From Eledone cirrhosa (lineage: Eukaryota), in the NCBI GenBank assembly GCA_964016885.1, contig OZ024747.1, positions 6,200,001-6,264,000 on the forward strand: 64,000 nucleotides of DNA. The letters are read 5' to 3'. The notes under the pieces were generated by a model that searched no databases, had not been told where the DNA came from, and was given only the letters and a program-made list of their open reading frames with translations. Both the position numbers and the translations under genes were made by a program. Positions 12,301 through 23,475 of the stretch are shown piece after piece. Within the stretch, counting starts at the first letter, position 1. The number at the start of each line of letters is the position of its first letter.

Positions 12301-15300
12301 TTTAGCCAGTTTGGTGTGAAAAGTGTTTAGTTTACCTTAATCTTCAAACATATGCTATATTCTAGAGTAAATATTAATTATTTATTACAGTTGTATTGTG
12401 TTTTCTCTTCAGGATGAATTATACGGAAAACCCTGAACTGGCAGAGATTGAGTATCTTCATGGCAACATGACAGCTGGAGATTGTCTTTATATTCCTTTC
12501 TTATGGTTAGTTCTTATTTGGAAATTTTCTACTGTGATGATGAGGATGATGGTGGGCAGTGGTGGGCAGTGGTGGGAGGGGAATCTGTATTGTTGGGGTG
12601 GCAGGTGTCTCTCTCTCTATATATATAAATTCGGCTAGAACCAGTTTGAAACTGGTTAGACCATTACTCAACAGAGTACTTGATACTTGGGGTAGTAGAG
12701 TATGGTTATATTATAGAGTCGGGACCCCACAGCTGAGCGCTTACCGTTTCAACAGCTATATGATGATACAATATACAGACACAGTCATTCTGCACTTGGC
12801 AACCAGGCTCCATTCCACAAATATGGTCATAAAGCAAATTATGGACAGAAAAAGTTGACAGAGAAGCTTCTGGCCACTTTTTTTTTTATCTCTAGGAGTA
12901 CTTTATTGTATTTTCTCAACTTTTATTTATAGTGATTAACTATTATTACTCTATTACATGTTCCAGCTGATAGGGTGAAGCCATGTTGGGATGTCTGCAT
13001 GTCAAATAGACTGAGGCCATGCTGGGATGTCTGCATGTCAAATAGACTGAGGCCATGCTGGGATGTCTGCATGTCAAATAGACTGAGGCCATGCTGGGAT
13101 GTCTGCATTTCAAATAGGCTGAGGCCATGCTGGGATGTCTGCATGTCAAATAGGCTGAGGCCATGCTGGGATGTCTGCATTTCAAATAGGCTGAGGCCAT
13201 GTTGGGATGTCTGCATTTCAAATAGGCTGAGGCCATGTTGGGATGTCTGCATTTCAAATATATTGTATGTAGGTGACACAACAAAAAGCACCCAGTCCAC
13301 ACTGTAAAGTGGTCATGTAGGAGACATAGTAAAAAGGCTCTCAGTCCACACTGTAAATGTGGTTGGTGTTAGGAAAGGCATCCAGCCGTAGAAAACCTGT
13401 CAGAAACAGTTCTGTACGAGCGAGACACGGTCTCCCAACTAATCTTGCCTCAAGTGGGACAAAACCATCCAACCCATGCTAGCGTGGAAGATGGATGTTA
13501 AACGATGATGATGATGATTCTAAATCTTTTTGTTTTCCAGGATCCACCAGGTTCGTTCCTATGGAAGTAACTTGGCTGTTAATGTCTGGTGGAATAATTC
13601 CATAAACTATTTCGTTGATGTCAGCAAATGTTTGAAAGAGTGTAAAAATGACCTCAGTTTGGCAAATGTCAGCTTCAATATTAAAAGTGATGATGAATAT
13701 GATGAACTGGCTGACTTTCAGTGAGTATGTCTTCATGTTGGTATGGGTTTGGAAATAAACTGTTAGCTCTCACATCATTTATACTTGTTCAGGGCTGTAA
13801 GTATATCGTTAGTTCAGGTCTGTAAGGAAGGTGTTAGTTAAGGGCTGTAAGGAGGGTGTTAGTTCATACTGTCTATGTCATTAACCCTTTCATTACCATA
13901 TTTCTAATGAAAGACACTGTCTATGTCATTAACCCTTTCATTACCATATTTCTAATGAAAGACACTGCCTATGTCATTAACCCTTTCATTACAATATTTC
14001 TAATGAAAGACACTGCCTATGTCATTAACCCTTTCATTACAATATTTCTAATGAAAGACACTGTCTATGTCATTAACCCTTTCATTACCATATTTCTAAT
14101 GAAAGACACTGTCTATGTCATTAACCCTTTCATTACCATATTTCTAATGAAAGACACTGCCTATGTCTTTAACCCTTTCATTCCCATATTTCTACTGAAA
14201 GACACTATCTATGTCTTTAACCCTTTCATTACCATATTTCTAATGAAAGACACTGTCTATGTCATTAACCCTTTCATTACAATATTTCTAATGAAAGACA
14301 CTGCTTCTGATTTTTCAAATAAGTTTGAAAATATCCAAGAATTTGGTGAGATCTAGTAAACTTTCTCATTATTAAGCTGGTGTTTGGAAAGTAACTTAAC
14401 AAAGGTTCTTACATAAAATGATGATGGAAGGTTTTTAGCTGAACATAATTTAAAATAAACAGTTTTGTATCATCGAGCTAGAAGTGGTTTCAGGTAGTTT
14501 GGTATGAAAAAGGTTAGTTATACATATTCATGCTGCTGGCTTCCTTAAGTAATTCTCTTCAGCTCATTTTATTTTTAATTCTACCAATGTTTTGACCTGT
14601 ATTTTGGAGCCAAGTGGTTAGGGTGGTGTTAGACTTCTGATTGTTGATTTGATTGCTGGACAAGACACTTCATTTCATGTAGCTCCACTTGCCTCATCTG
14701 AAAAAATGAGCAACAGCAGCTGGTATAGAGAGGCTAACCCCGGCAACAGACTGGCATCTGGTTCAGGGTGGGGTATTCTTTTTATTATTATTATATAACT
14801 GGAGCCCCTATCATTAAAATAACTTAAGAAATCTGTGAGCTGCAACCTAAGCTTGGTTATGTGGGAGCTGTAACTATAACAACTGTATTTGGGGGACAAG
14901 CTATCACTTTAGGTCATCTGTCTCCTCTGTTTAACCCTTTAGCACTTAAACCTCGGCTATATCCCGCCAGAATTCACTCACTTCTTTCTGTTCATATCGG
15001 CTGTAACCAGCTGCTAATACTGACATTTCGGTATTGTTCTTAAAATAAATAATATCAAAATCTTGTAGATTCGATATTATGTGAGATAAAGCCTTTACTG
15101 TGAAAATATAATTGTAAATATAGAGTAATATAAATACTATAGGGTTAAATGTAGTGGACTAACTGTATTATGGTATTGTCTTTCAGAGATATGTTGTTTG
15201 GTCTGTTTGAGACGAAGAACAACATTGACTTGGCTGATATGAAGCTTATTCTGCTTGGGGTAAGTTATAACATACTGTATACAATTGTTAATGTGTGTGT

Positions 15301-17392
15301 GTGTGTGCGCATGCATATGTGTATAAAAAGCACATTATGACCTTTTCTGATTGTAGTGAACAGTATTTTCTATATATTTTGTCTAAAAAGTATATATATC
15401 ACTTTCTCTCTCTCTCTCCCTATATATATATATATATATATACACACACAGACACAAAAATATATATACACAGACACACACAAATATATATATACACACA
15501 CACATAGAAACTCAATTGAAAAGTCGTTATACTGTTATAATTCTTCATATTTCAGGATAAACTCACCAAAGATCTAGAGCAGATGAATGCAGGTTACGGT
15601 TATATTGCTCAGATTAAGAGGGTAAGACATCATTTTTCTTCAGATTTCAACAAGGTGTATTTTACCATTTTATCATGGCACCAGTACTACCACTTTAGAG
15701 TGTACTGGGTGCATTTTATTATGACACTGGCAGTATCATTTCAGAGTGTACTGGATGCAGGAGAAACTCTCCTGTGGTCTTGTAGGAGACACAGTAAAAA
15801 GGCTCCCAGTCCACACTGTAAAGTGGTCGTGTAGGAGACACAGTAAAAAGGCTCCCAGTCCACACTGTAAAGTAGTCGTGTAGGAGACATGATAAAAAGG
15901 CTCCCAGTCCACATTGTAAAGTGGTCGTGTAGGAGACATGATAAAAAGGCTCCCAGTCCACACTGTAAAGTGGTCATGTAGGAGACATGATAAAAAGGCT
16001 CCCAGTCCACACTGTAAAGTGGTCATGTAGGAGACATGATAAAAAGGCTCCCAGTCCACACTGTAAAGTGGTCGTGTAGGAGACATGATAAAAAGGCTCC
16101 CAGTCCACATTGTAAAGTGGTCGTGTAGGAGACATGATAAAAAGGCTCCCAGTCCACACTGTAAAGTGGTCGTGTAGGAGACACAGTAAAAAGGCTCCCA
16201 GTCCACATTGTAAAGTGGTCGTGTAGGAGACATGATAAAAAGGCTCCCAGTCCACACTGTAAAGTGGTCATGTAGGAGACATGATAAAAAGGCTCCCAGT
16301 CCACACTGTAAAGTGGTCGTGTAGGAGACATGATAAAAAGGCTCCCAGTCCACATTGTAAAGTGGTCGTGTAGGAGACATGATAAAAAGGCTCCCAGTCC
16401 ACACTGTAAAGTGGTCGTGTAGGAGACACAGTAAAAAGGCTCCCAGTCCACATTGTAAAGTGGTCGTGTAGGAGACATGATAAAAAGGCTCCCAGTCCAC
16501 ACTGTAAAGTGGTCGTGTAGGAGACATGATAAAAAGGCTCCCAGTCCACACTGTAAAGTGGTCGTGTAGGAGACATGATAAAAAGGCTCCCAGTCCACAC
16601 TGTAAAGTGGTCATGTAGGAGACATGATAAAAAGGCTCCCAGTCCACACTGTAAAGTGGTCGTGTAGGAGATACGATAAAAAGGCTCCCAGTCCACACTG
16701 TAAAGTGGTCGTGTAGGAGACATGATAAAAAGGCTCCCAGTCCACACTGTAAATGTGGTAGGTGTTAGGAAAGGCATTCAGCCATAGAAAACCTGCCAGA
16801 AACAGTTCTACACAAGTGAGACATGGTCACCTGACCAATCTTGTCTCAAGTGGGACAAACCCGTCCAACCCATGCTAGCGTGGAAGATGGACGTTAAACA
16901 ATGATGATGATGACAACTCAGGAACAATTTCAGGCCGGTTGGTCTAAAAAATGTTAAATATTTTTGCAGTTCATTCATGAAACTATAGAAAATCAAGCAT
17001 TGAAAGTGGATATAGTTTTAACTCTTTTTTTTCTTTTCTTTTGTCAGGTATTTCAGAAACTTGATATTAATAGAGATTGGACGATCAGTGAGGAAGAGCT
17101 GAGATCACTGCCTGATGAGGTATTTCTCTCATAACTGTTTATATTGGTTGTTTTATTAAGGTTGAATCAGTGGCCTGTTACTCTGGAGTTTCAATCGTGT
17201 CTCAACATACACTTCTCAGTATTGTCTAATAACCTTGTAAACACAGGTGGAATTCTACAGTAACAGGCAACTGACTTGTCATTAATAAAATTATATATAA
17301 ATATACACACACACATGTGTATATATATATATGTGTGTGTATATATATATGTGCATTTGTGTGTATATCATCATCACCGTTTAACATCCATA

Positions 17393-17435
<43 letters not shown>

Positions 17436-17560
17436 ATGCATTGTGTGTGTAACTGCAACATAATGGTTTGACAAATGTAAGTTAAATAAGTATTAGAATG
17501 GGTGTGATCAACTGAATTGGTAGTGCTCCAGCATGGTCACAGTTTTTAATGACAAACCAG

Positions 17561-17625
<65 letters not shown>

Positions 17626-18383
17626 TGTAATAAACAACACAATACAATTATTCCATTACCAAGGATTCACGAAGACAGGCGACCCCAACAGAGGCGTCCG
17701 AAGGAAAATTTAATATGATGAACGACTTCAGGTGCCTCTGTGGGGGTAGCCTGTCTTCGTGAAACCTTGGGTAATGGAATAATTATATTATCTTGTTTAT
17801 TACATAATTAAATAGCTCTGTACTATACATAGAGCACTCTTCTTTCCTTTACCTTTTCCATGGAAATACTTATCTATATTACGATTGGTGCTCTGAAATA
17901 GCGATGTATACATGAATGTATGTATAGTATATTTGGCAATATACCGTATGCTTAATTAAAAACATTTTGAAGACCTTGCACTATCATTACTGATTATTAC
18001 TGGAATTCTATAAGAATCCAGCCTCTATAATTTTCGGCAAGGCAGGGAGTACGTTGCTCTGAGGAACACCAACAGTGTGAAACAGAATCTGTCAGCTTCT
18101 CTCCCTTCATTGCCGAAAAAAGGAAGTAAGTGACATAGTCACTACTTTAAAATGATAGTGCAAGGTCTTCAAAATGTTTTTAATTAAGCATACGGTATAT
18201 TGCCAAATATACTATACACTTATATATATAAACTGAAAGTATCTAACAGATACATTGAGCACTATTTCTCTCTTTCTCCTTTTCCAGTTATGGGACGAGT
18301 GTATGGATTTGATCATTGACCTCACCCATCTGATTGATGCCATCCAGAAAGCAGAATCAAATATGCAACACCATGAGTTATAA
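5071..18383 (+). CDS. Secretory-pathway JmjC (cupin-like, TYW5/JMJD7/FIH-like) 2OG-Fe(II) oxygenase with EF-hand and C-terminal HHEL; 10 exons, 421 aa
   Basis: Exons 5071-5522, 7736-7799, 9144-9266, 9913-9959, 12413-12505, 13541-13720, 15187-15259, 15556-15621, 17048-17119, 18288-18383. All GT-AG, phases match, total 1266 nt. Signal peptide MSCWFCLLLLLYSSVVFA; FFREYVLASRPLKMKGAA; WFSSGGTKSVIHTD; GDCLYIPFLWIHQVRS; NLAVNVWW; DINRDWTISEEEL; ends HHEL*. Confidence 0.93.
5975..6021 (+). mobile_element. Helitron-like 3' terminus (remnant)
   Basis: ccccgagcaacaccgagc...tgCTAG|t: degenerate subterminal hairpin followed by CTAG and T. 5' end not located. Confidence 0.45.
6169..6323. mobile_element. 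Tc1/mariner (pogo-like) MITE
   Basis: 25-bp TIRs cgtatttcccggcgtcgaagacgct / agcgtcttcgacgccgggaaatacg in TA-rich flanks. Confidence 0.8.
7736..7799 (+). CDS. JmjC gene exon 2
   Basis: ttttag|A CAA GAT GTG...; QDVIIPCCIQCPDLEEYFTNT; donor gtaagt. Confidence 0.88.
9144..9266 (+). CDS. JmjC gene exon 3 (HxD metal ligands)
   Basis: VMWFSSGGTKSVIHTDELDNINCLFRGDKEIVFVDPKYQDR; cag| acceptor, |gtgaga donor. Confidence 0.93.
9367..9482 (+). mobile_element. tRNA-derived SINE family B (CORE-like gtccttgagcaagacactt)
   Basis: A-box-like TGGCTGAGTGG, degenerate B box, core motif. Other copies about 18601-18720 and 54596-54905. Confidence 0.7.
9773..9855. mobile_element. Tc1/mariner MITE (83 bp)
   Basis: TA|CAGGGTGT...ACACCCTG|TA with extended internal inverted symmetry. 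Confidence 0.85.
9913..9959 (+). CDS. JmjC gene exon 4
   Basis: IQLKTRGSYSNIDVD(R); tag| acceptor, |gtaatt donor. Confidence 0.88.
12413..12505 (+). CDS. JmjC gene exon 5
   Basis: MNYTENPELAEIEYLHGNMTAGDCLYIPFL(W); |gttagt donor. Confidence 0.92.
12978..13260. repeat. 36-bp minisatellite, ~8 copies
   Basis: Unit gaggccatgctgggatgtctgcatgtcaaatagact. Confidence 0.95.
13541..13720 (+). CDS. JmjC gene exon 6 (distal His)
   Basis: IHQVRSYGSNLAVNVWW...DELADF(Q); |gtgagt donor. Confidence 0.92.
13868..14517. mobile_element. piggyBac-type (TTAA) MITE whose left end is amplified as a 48-bp x ~9 array (13868-14305)
   Basis: Each unit carries ttaa|ccctttcattacc; right end ggtatgaaaaagg|ttag. Related decayed copies near 21300-21466, 28120-28370, 29150-29530, 34029 and 44580. 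Confidence 0.65.
15187..15259 (+). CDS. JmjC gene exon 7
   Basis: DMLFGLFETKNNIDLADMKLILLG; |gtaagt donor. Confidence 0.82.
15556..15621 (+). CDS. JmjC gene exon 8
   Basis: DKLTKDLEQMNAGYGYIAQIKR; |gtaaga donor. Confidence 0.8.
15775..16755. repeat. 49-bp minisatellite, ~20 copies, inside an RTE 3'-end copy (to ~16912, + orientation)
   Basis: Unit aaaaaggctcccagtccacactgtaaagtggtcgtgtaggagacatgat, followed by the RTE 3' terminus and (GAT)n tail. Confidence 0.95.
17048..17119 (+). CDS. JmjC gene exon 9 (EF-hand loop)
   Basis: VFQKLDINRDWTISEEELRSLPDE; |gtattt donor. Confidence 0.85.
17621..18225. mobile_element. (TA)n-embedded foldback element carrying a hammerhead ribozyme (probably Penelope-like-element derived)
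   Basis: Imperfect IR 17621-17810; perfect 68-bp IR 17921-17988/18151-18218; hammerhead at its centre; TA tracts on both flanks; short related segment at ~62915-62942. Confidence 0.6.
18031..18119 (+). ncRNA. Type I hammerhead ribozyme motif (GUC site, predicted cut after 18093)
   Basis: gct-CTGAGGA-ACAC(caaca)GTGT-GAA-ACAG(aat)CTGT-C-agc. All core nucleotides present. Stem I extends through gggag/ctccc and ttttcggcaa/ttgccgaaaa. Confidence 0.85.
18288..18383 (+). CDS. JmjC gene exon 10 (terminal, HHEL)
   Basis: Strong pyrimidine tract then ccag|; LWDECMDLIIDLTHLIDAIQKAESNMQHHEL*. Confidence 0.87.
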   Translation, partial: LWDECMDLIIDLTHLIDAIQKAESNMQHHEL

Positions 18384-19539
18384 TAAGTTGGCCATCTTCT
18401 GCCAACTAATTGGAATAGGAGATACCCTTAAAAACACAAAAAAGCTAATACCTGCCACATTGATAAGATTTGGTCACAAAATATTTCTGGGTAAACTGAA
18501 ACTTTCTTGAATCTCATTTAAAAAAAAACCTCACAACAATGTTCCTACTCAGATATTTATCTAACACCATAACACAACCCATTTCTAACTGGATTTCTAT
18601 GAGGGAAGCGTGGCCTAGTGGTTATGGGGTTAAACTGATGATCAAAAAGTCGTAAGTTTGATCCCTAAACTGGGCCACGCATTGTGTTTTTCAGCAAGAC
18701 GCTTCCTTTCATGTTGCTTATCATAAAAGGACCAAGGTCCCTACCATTAAAACATCCGTGATACTTCCTATGATATGTAACTTTGTTGGAGGCCAAGCTA
18801 TACTTGCATAAATGTGATCTCTAAATTTCATTTTCATTTGAAAAAGGGGAAAAATCCAGGAACTATTTGGATTATCTCACACTTGCATTGGATTATCTAT
18901 GAATCTTGGATAGGAATTTCAGATTTTATTTTTTATTATTTTATATTGTTATTTCTAAACTCATCAGTAATGTGTGTTATATTGTTATTTCTAAACTCAT
19001 CAGTAATGTGTGTTTCACCCTCCCATCATAATGTTCCTTCATCTAAACTGTATTGTCACATCTCCTTTTTTGGAGCTTATATTTTCTGTTTTTCTTTCTT
19101 TTCCAAGGATTGGGGGTTGACAAAAATACTTATTGTACATAAGATATGCTATTATTAAAATAATAGAAAAATATATGAAAAAGAGAAAGGAAAAAAGTTT
19201 CTGAGATTTGTTTCTCTCTATGTAATGAGTGTGTATCATCATCATCATCGTTTAACGTCCGTGTTCCACGCTTGCATGGGTTTGGACGGGGGTTTTCCCA
19301 CTTGAGGCAAGAGTGATTGTCTTGCTCGCATAGGACTGTCTGGCGGGTTTTCTACAGCTGGATGCCCTTCCTAACACCAACCACATTTACAGTGTGGGGC
19401 TGGGAGGTTTTTACCGTGTTGCCTACATGGCCACATTACAGCGTGGACTGTTATGTTTGTATATATACATATATGTGTATATATATATATAATTATTTAA
19501 TATAGAAATGGTTTCTACAGGATTAGAAATGTTTCGTTC

Positions 19540-20130
19540 ATGTGAAATCATCAGGAATGCTGGGTGACAGAGTAAGTTGTACTTGTCAGAAGCAACCATC
19601 TCCAACTTGATCTCCAAGCGTGACCAGCCAATGATGTTATCCAACTATCTTGATCAGGGTCTACTGCTGGTTGGTTTTGCCCGTAAAATCTGTCCTGCGA
19701 TTCTTTCCTGAGACATTCTAACCACATGCCCATAATATCGGAGTTGTGATCTCTCAATTTGGAGAAGTAGTGGCTCTACCAGGAGTGACTCTCTGATTTC
19801 CGAGCTACGCACTTTATCAAGTAACGTTACTCCAAACACCCTTCGGAGGAATCCCATTTTCGCCACTTATATTCGCAATCATATTCTTTTGGTCATTACC
19901 CAAGATTCATGACCATAGGTAAGGGTTGCTAAGAATACCGAATTGAAAGTAGTGAGTTTGGCTTTTACACCTACCTCCATTCTTCTAATTACCGAATGCT
20001 GAAGCTGGGACATTATTGTACCAGCTCCTGCAATTCTTGCACATAATTCAGCCTCCTGCCTTCCATCACTTGTGAACACGGTACCAAGACACTTGAACTT
20101 CTCTACCTGCTTCAGTGGAACTCCATTCAC
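19540..20130 (-). mobile_element. Decayed RTE-clade LINE 3' fragment
   Basis: LKQVEKFKCLG...LTYGHESW and LRYYGHVVRM in frameshifted ORFs 19879-20130 and 19654-19866. Confidence 0.8.
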
Positions 20131-20974
20131 AAGCAGAGTTTATATTTCTGGGACAATTATCCATCATAATTGTACAGAAAATCTAGGCAGGGAAAACATT
20201 CAAGAGAGTCACCTTGTATTTATTCAAGATATTTTCCAGCTCATTGCATTCTTAGTTCAACTCCTGTTGGTGTTAACTTTGCCTTTCATACTTCTGGAAT
20301 TGATAAAGTACCAGTCTAGGTAGTTTAACTGGTGGGATTGTTAAAGTATAGAATGAGATACCTTGTATTTGTTCCAGGTCTTTGTGTTCTCAGTTCAAAT
20401 TCTTCCATGGCTAATTTTGGATGATTGACTTAATTCTGTCATGACCATATTTCTAATGAAGTACACTCTATTTGAATTAATGAAGATTTTCGAGTGATTT
20501 ACTAAAATTATAATTCCATTACTAAGATAGCAACATAGATTTTAATTTAAAGAAGAACCCTTTAATATGGGTGGTTTTTACTGGGTTGGTATCAAAGTCT
20601 AGGGTTTTGTCTACCATTTTAACACCACAACCTGGCCCTTAGGTGCCTATATAAAATTCCACTTTATTTCAAGCATTCAGGCCCGGTCTCTCTTTCAGCA
20701 GTGATGGTAGACATGCAATTGTGTGTCTACCTTGTAGTATTCAGCAGATCCACACAGTTCTTCCAAGGGTGCTTTTTACAGAGGTGGCTGGTATGTTCAC
20801 TGTGAAGAAATACAATTACTCAGTCATACCACTGCCTTGTATACAATAGCCATGAAGTCATCATTACCGAAATGATGGAAAAAACAAACAGTAAATAGGA
20901 ATTAAGAAAAAAACTAAAAAGAATGTTTTGTAATCGGATTTTTGTGATTTTCTTTATTTATTGACAATCTCAAA

Positions 20975-21009
<35 letters not shown>

Positions 21010-23258
21010 TCAAGCAATAACTATTTACAAACAATAAATAACAGGTATAAAATTTAATTTAATGTGAGCGTGTGGTGGGTTTTTGACACAATGACCGATT
21101 CCATTTGGCTCCCACCCCCCTTTTTGTTTTGTTTAAATCACAAGGTTTGTATCATATGACCAGAATATCTCAATCTATACACTTGGCATGGCTTGATGGA
21201 GTATTTCTCAAAGAGATGAAACTGTGTGTGTATATAGAAGCAATTAAAAGGGTTGATGTCAGGAAAGGCATCTTGCTGTAAAACACGTTACTATATTTTT
21301 ACTAAAATTATTAATCACTTCATTATTTTTGATGGTATTTGTTACTTAAAAGGTTCTTATATAAAAGTATATTAGGTTTTAATTGCAATAGAAACTTTTA
21401 AAGCTAAGTGGCTTTGTTTCATAGAACCAGTGATGGTTTTGGGGGAGTTGATATCACAAGGGTTAAGGTATGTGTACTACAATTATGTGGTTGATATATT
21501 CAGATTTGAACTACTAGTGATCATGTGTCTCCTGAAGCTTGACTCACTATTGGTCACTATTTGGCTGAGCCTATATTAAGTTATAATAAGATTAGAACTC
21601 AGCACTGTAAGCTAACAAAACCTTTATTACAATTACTGTTAACCACTTGTTTAATTAACTTGGCTCCAGAAGGCACACAGTTTACATGGGGGTAGTGGGT
21701 GTTTAAAGGTATAGTTTCAAATATTTTACATCTCTTTGAGAAATACCCAAATTCAAGTTTGGTACAATTCCAAAACCAGAAGATATTGGTTAAAAAGACA
21801 ATAAACACATTAAAGACATGACAGTGTTGACATCAAGCCGGACACGAAATTTTCTTTTTTTTGTACTTTTTCCTCTATGTATATACACACTCAGATATAT
21901 ACACTCATATGTACATACACTCAAACATGTTGATTCTATATTTCTGTAGCAAACCTCTTTTATAAAAAGCCCCTATATTAGCATGCATGTGTGTGGTAAT
22001 AGGTAGGTTTTTAAACAACCAGCCTTACTGAGAAGACTGAACTCAGTAACAGCCAATGTAAGTTAAAAAAAAAAATTTATTAAAAACCTACTGAGACAAT
22101 GGCAGTTACACTAGTTATGTGGTGGGGAAGAGGAAAGGGCCCTTAACTCATCAGTTTCAGTTGTAGGGTGCTACCCTGACACATGGTGTGTCTTGGGCAT
22201 ATAAAACCTGATGGAGTCCATCATTCACCAGGGGTGGAACACAGCCAATCTCTTCCATTGAAAGAGAATAAGGGGAATTTGATAAAGAGAGATAGAGGAA
22301 GAACCAGCCCCATTATTTTATTGAACTTGAAAGAATAAAAAGCAAAGTTGATCTCGGCCAGATGTGAACTCAGAATGCAATGAGATGGATGAAATACAGA
22401 AGCATTTTAAATCTGACACTATACAAAACATTTAAGGCTGTTCTGGTAATCTTAGCCAATCAATTGGCAGTTGTTAGAGCATTGGTTTAAATGGCTTATT
22501 TCTTCTCTCTCCTTTCTGAGTTCAAATTTAGTCAATTTTGCTTTTCATCCTTTCAGGATCAATACCAGTTAAGGGTAGGTAGTTGACTAACAGAATTGTT
22601 AAGAAGTTGGATACTTATCCAGCTCTATGAACTCTGAGTCTGAAATTCTACTGCTCACAACTTCTGGCAGAATGAGGTTGTGAGCAGTAGATAGTATCAG
22701 CAATGGAAAGACCAATGGAAACATAATTTCTTTGATCTCATCTGACAATGGGCACCTTTCCAATTTCTTTAGAGGGAGGGGATCCTAACACATGCAAGCA
22801 TACATTAGAACTCTACACCATCATACCCTGAAATATCCAGCACTCCTATTTCTGTATGAAATTAAAAAACATCACATTACAGATACAAACACACACACAC
22901 ACACACACACATCTATATATATGCACCCCATGGATGTCTTCTGGATAGGCAGTATTTAACCAGATTACAACTATAAATATTCATTATTAAATACCAGAAG
23001 TAAATGATTTCTAATCTAGTATAAAAATAATTCAAAGCACGGAATTCAATATTTTAATGTTAGACAGAACATCTACTACCTATAAAATTATACATACACA
23101 CATTCATGGCCAACCACATGTGTGATTAGCTTTGCTACAGAAGGCAGCACTAAGTGTCAATGGATGCTGAATATAACCTGCTAATGCCCAGTGATATTAC
23201 AGAGTGAGATGTATGTGGTTACCTCTGATGGTTGAAGTAATTTTCCGAGACATTTTAT

Positions 23259-23428
23259 TTAACGCTTTAGCATTTACATTACTCTATATATACTATTGTA
23301 TTTTCACAGTAAAGGCTTTATCTCACATAATATCGAATCTACGAGATTTTGAGAACAATACCTTAATGAGCAGAAAGATGTGAGAGAATTCTGGCCGGAT
23401 ATGGCCGGTTTAAATGCTAAAGGGTTAA
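23259..23428. mobile_element. piggyBac-type MITE family 2
   Basis: ttaa|c(g)ctttagcattta ... taaatgctaaaggg|ttaa. Copies also at 14931-15148 and 35281-35509. Confidence 0.75.
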
Positions 23429-23439
23429 TGTATTTATAT

Positions 23440-23475
<36 letters not shown>

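Noticed and set aside
12923-16777. Repetitive ORFs (MQTSQHGLSLF, INPFITIFLMKD, 320-aa WEPFYHVSY etc.)
   Set aside because: Translations of intronic minisatellites, open in several frames; the gene splices cleanly without them.
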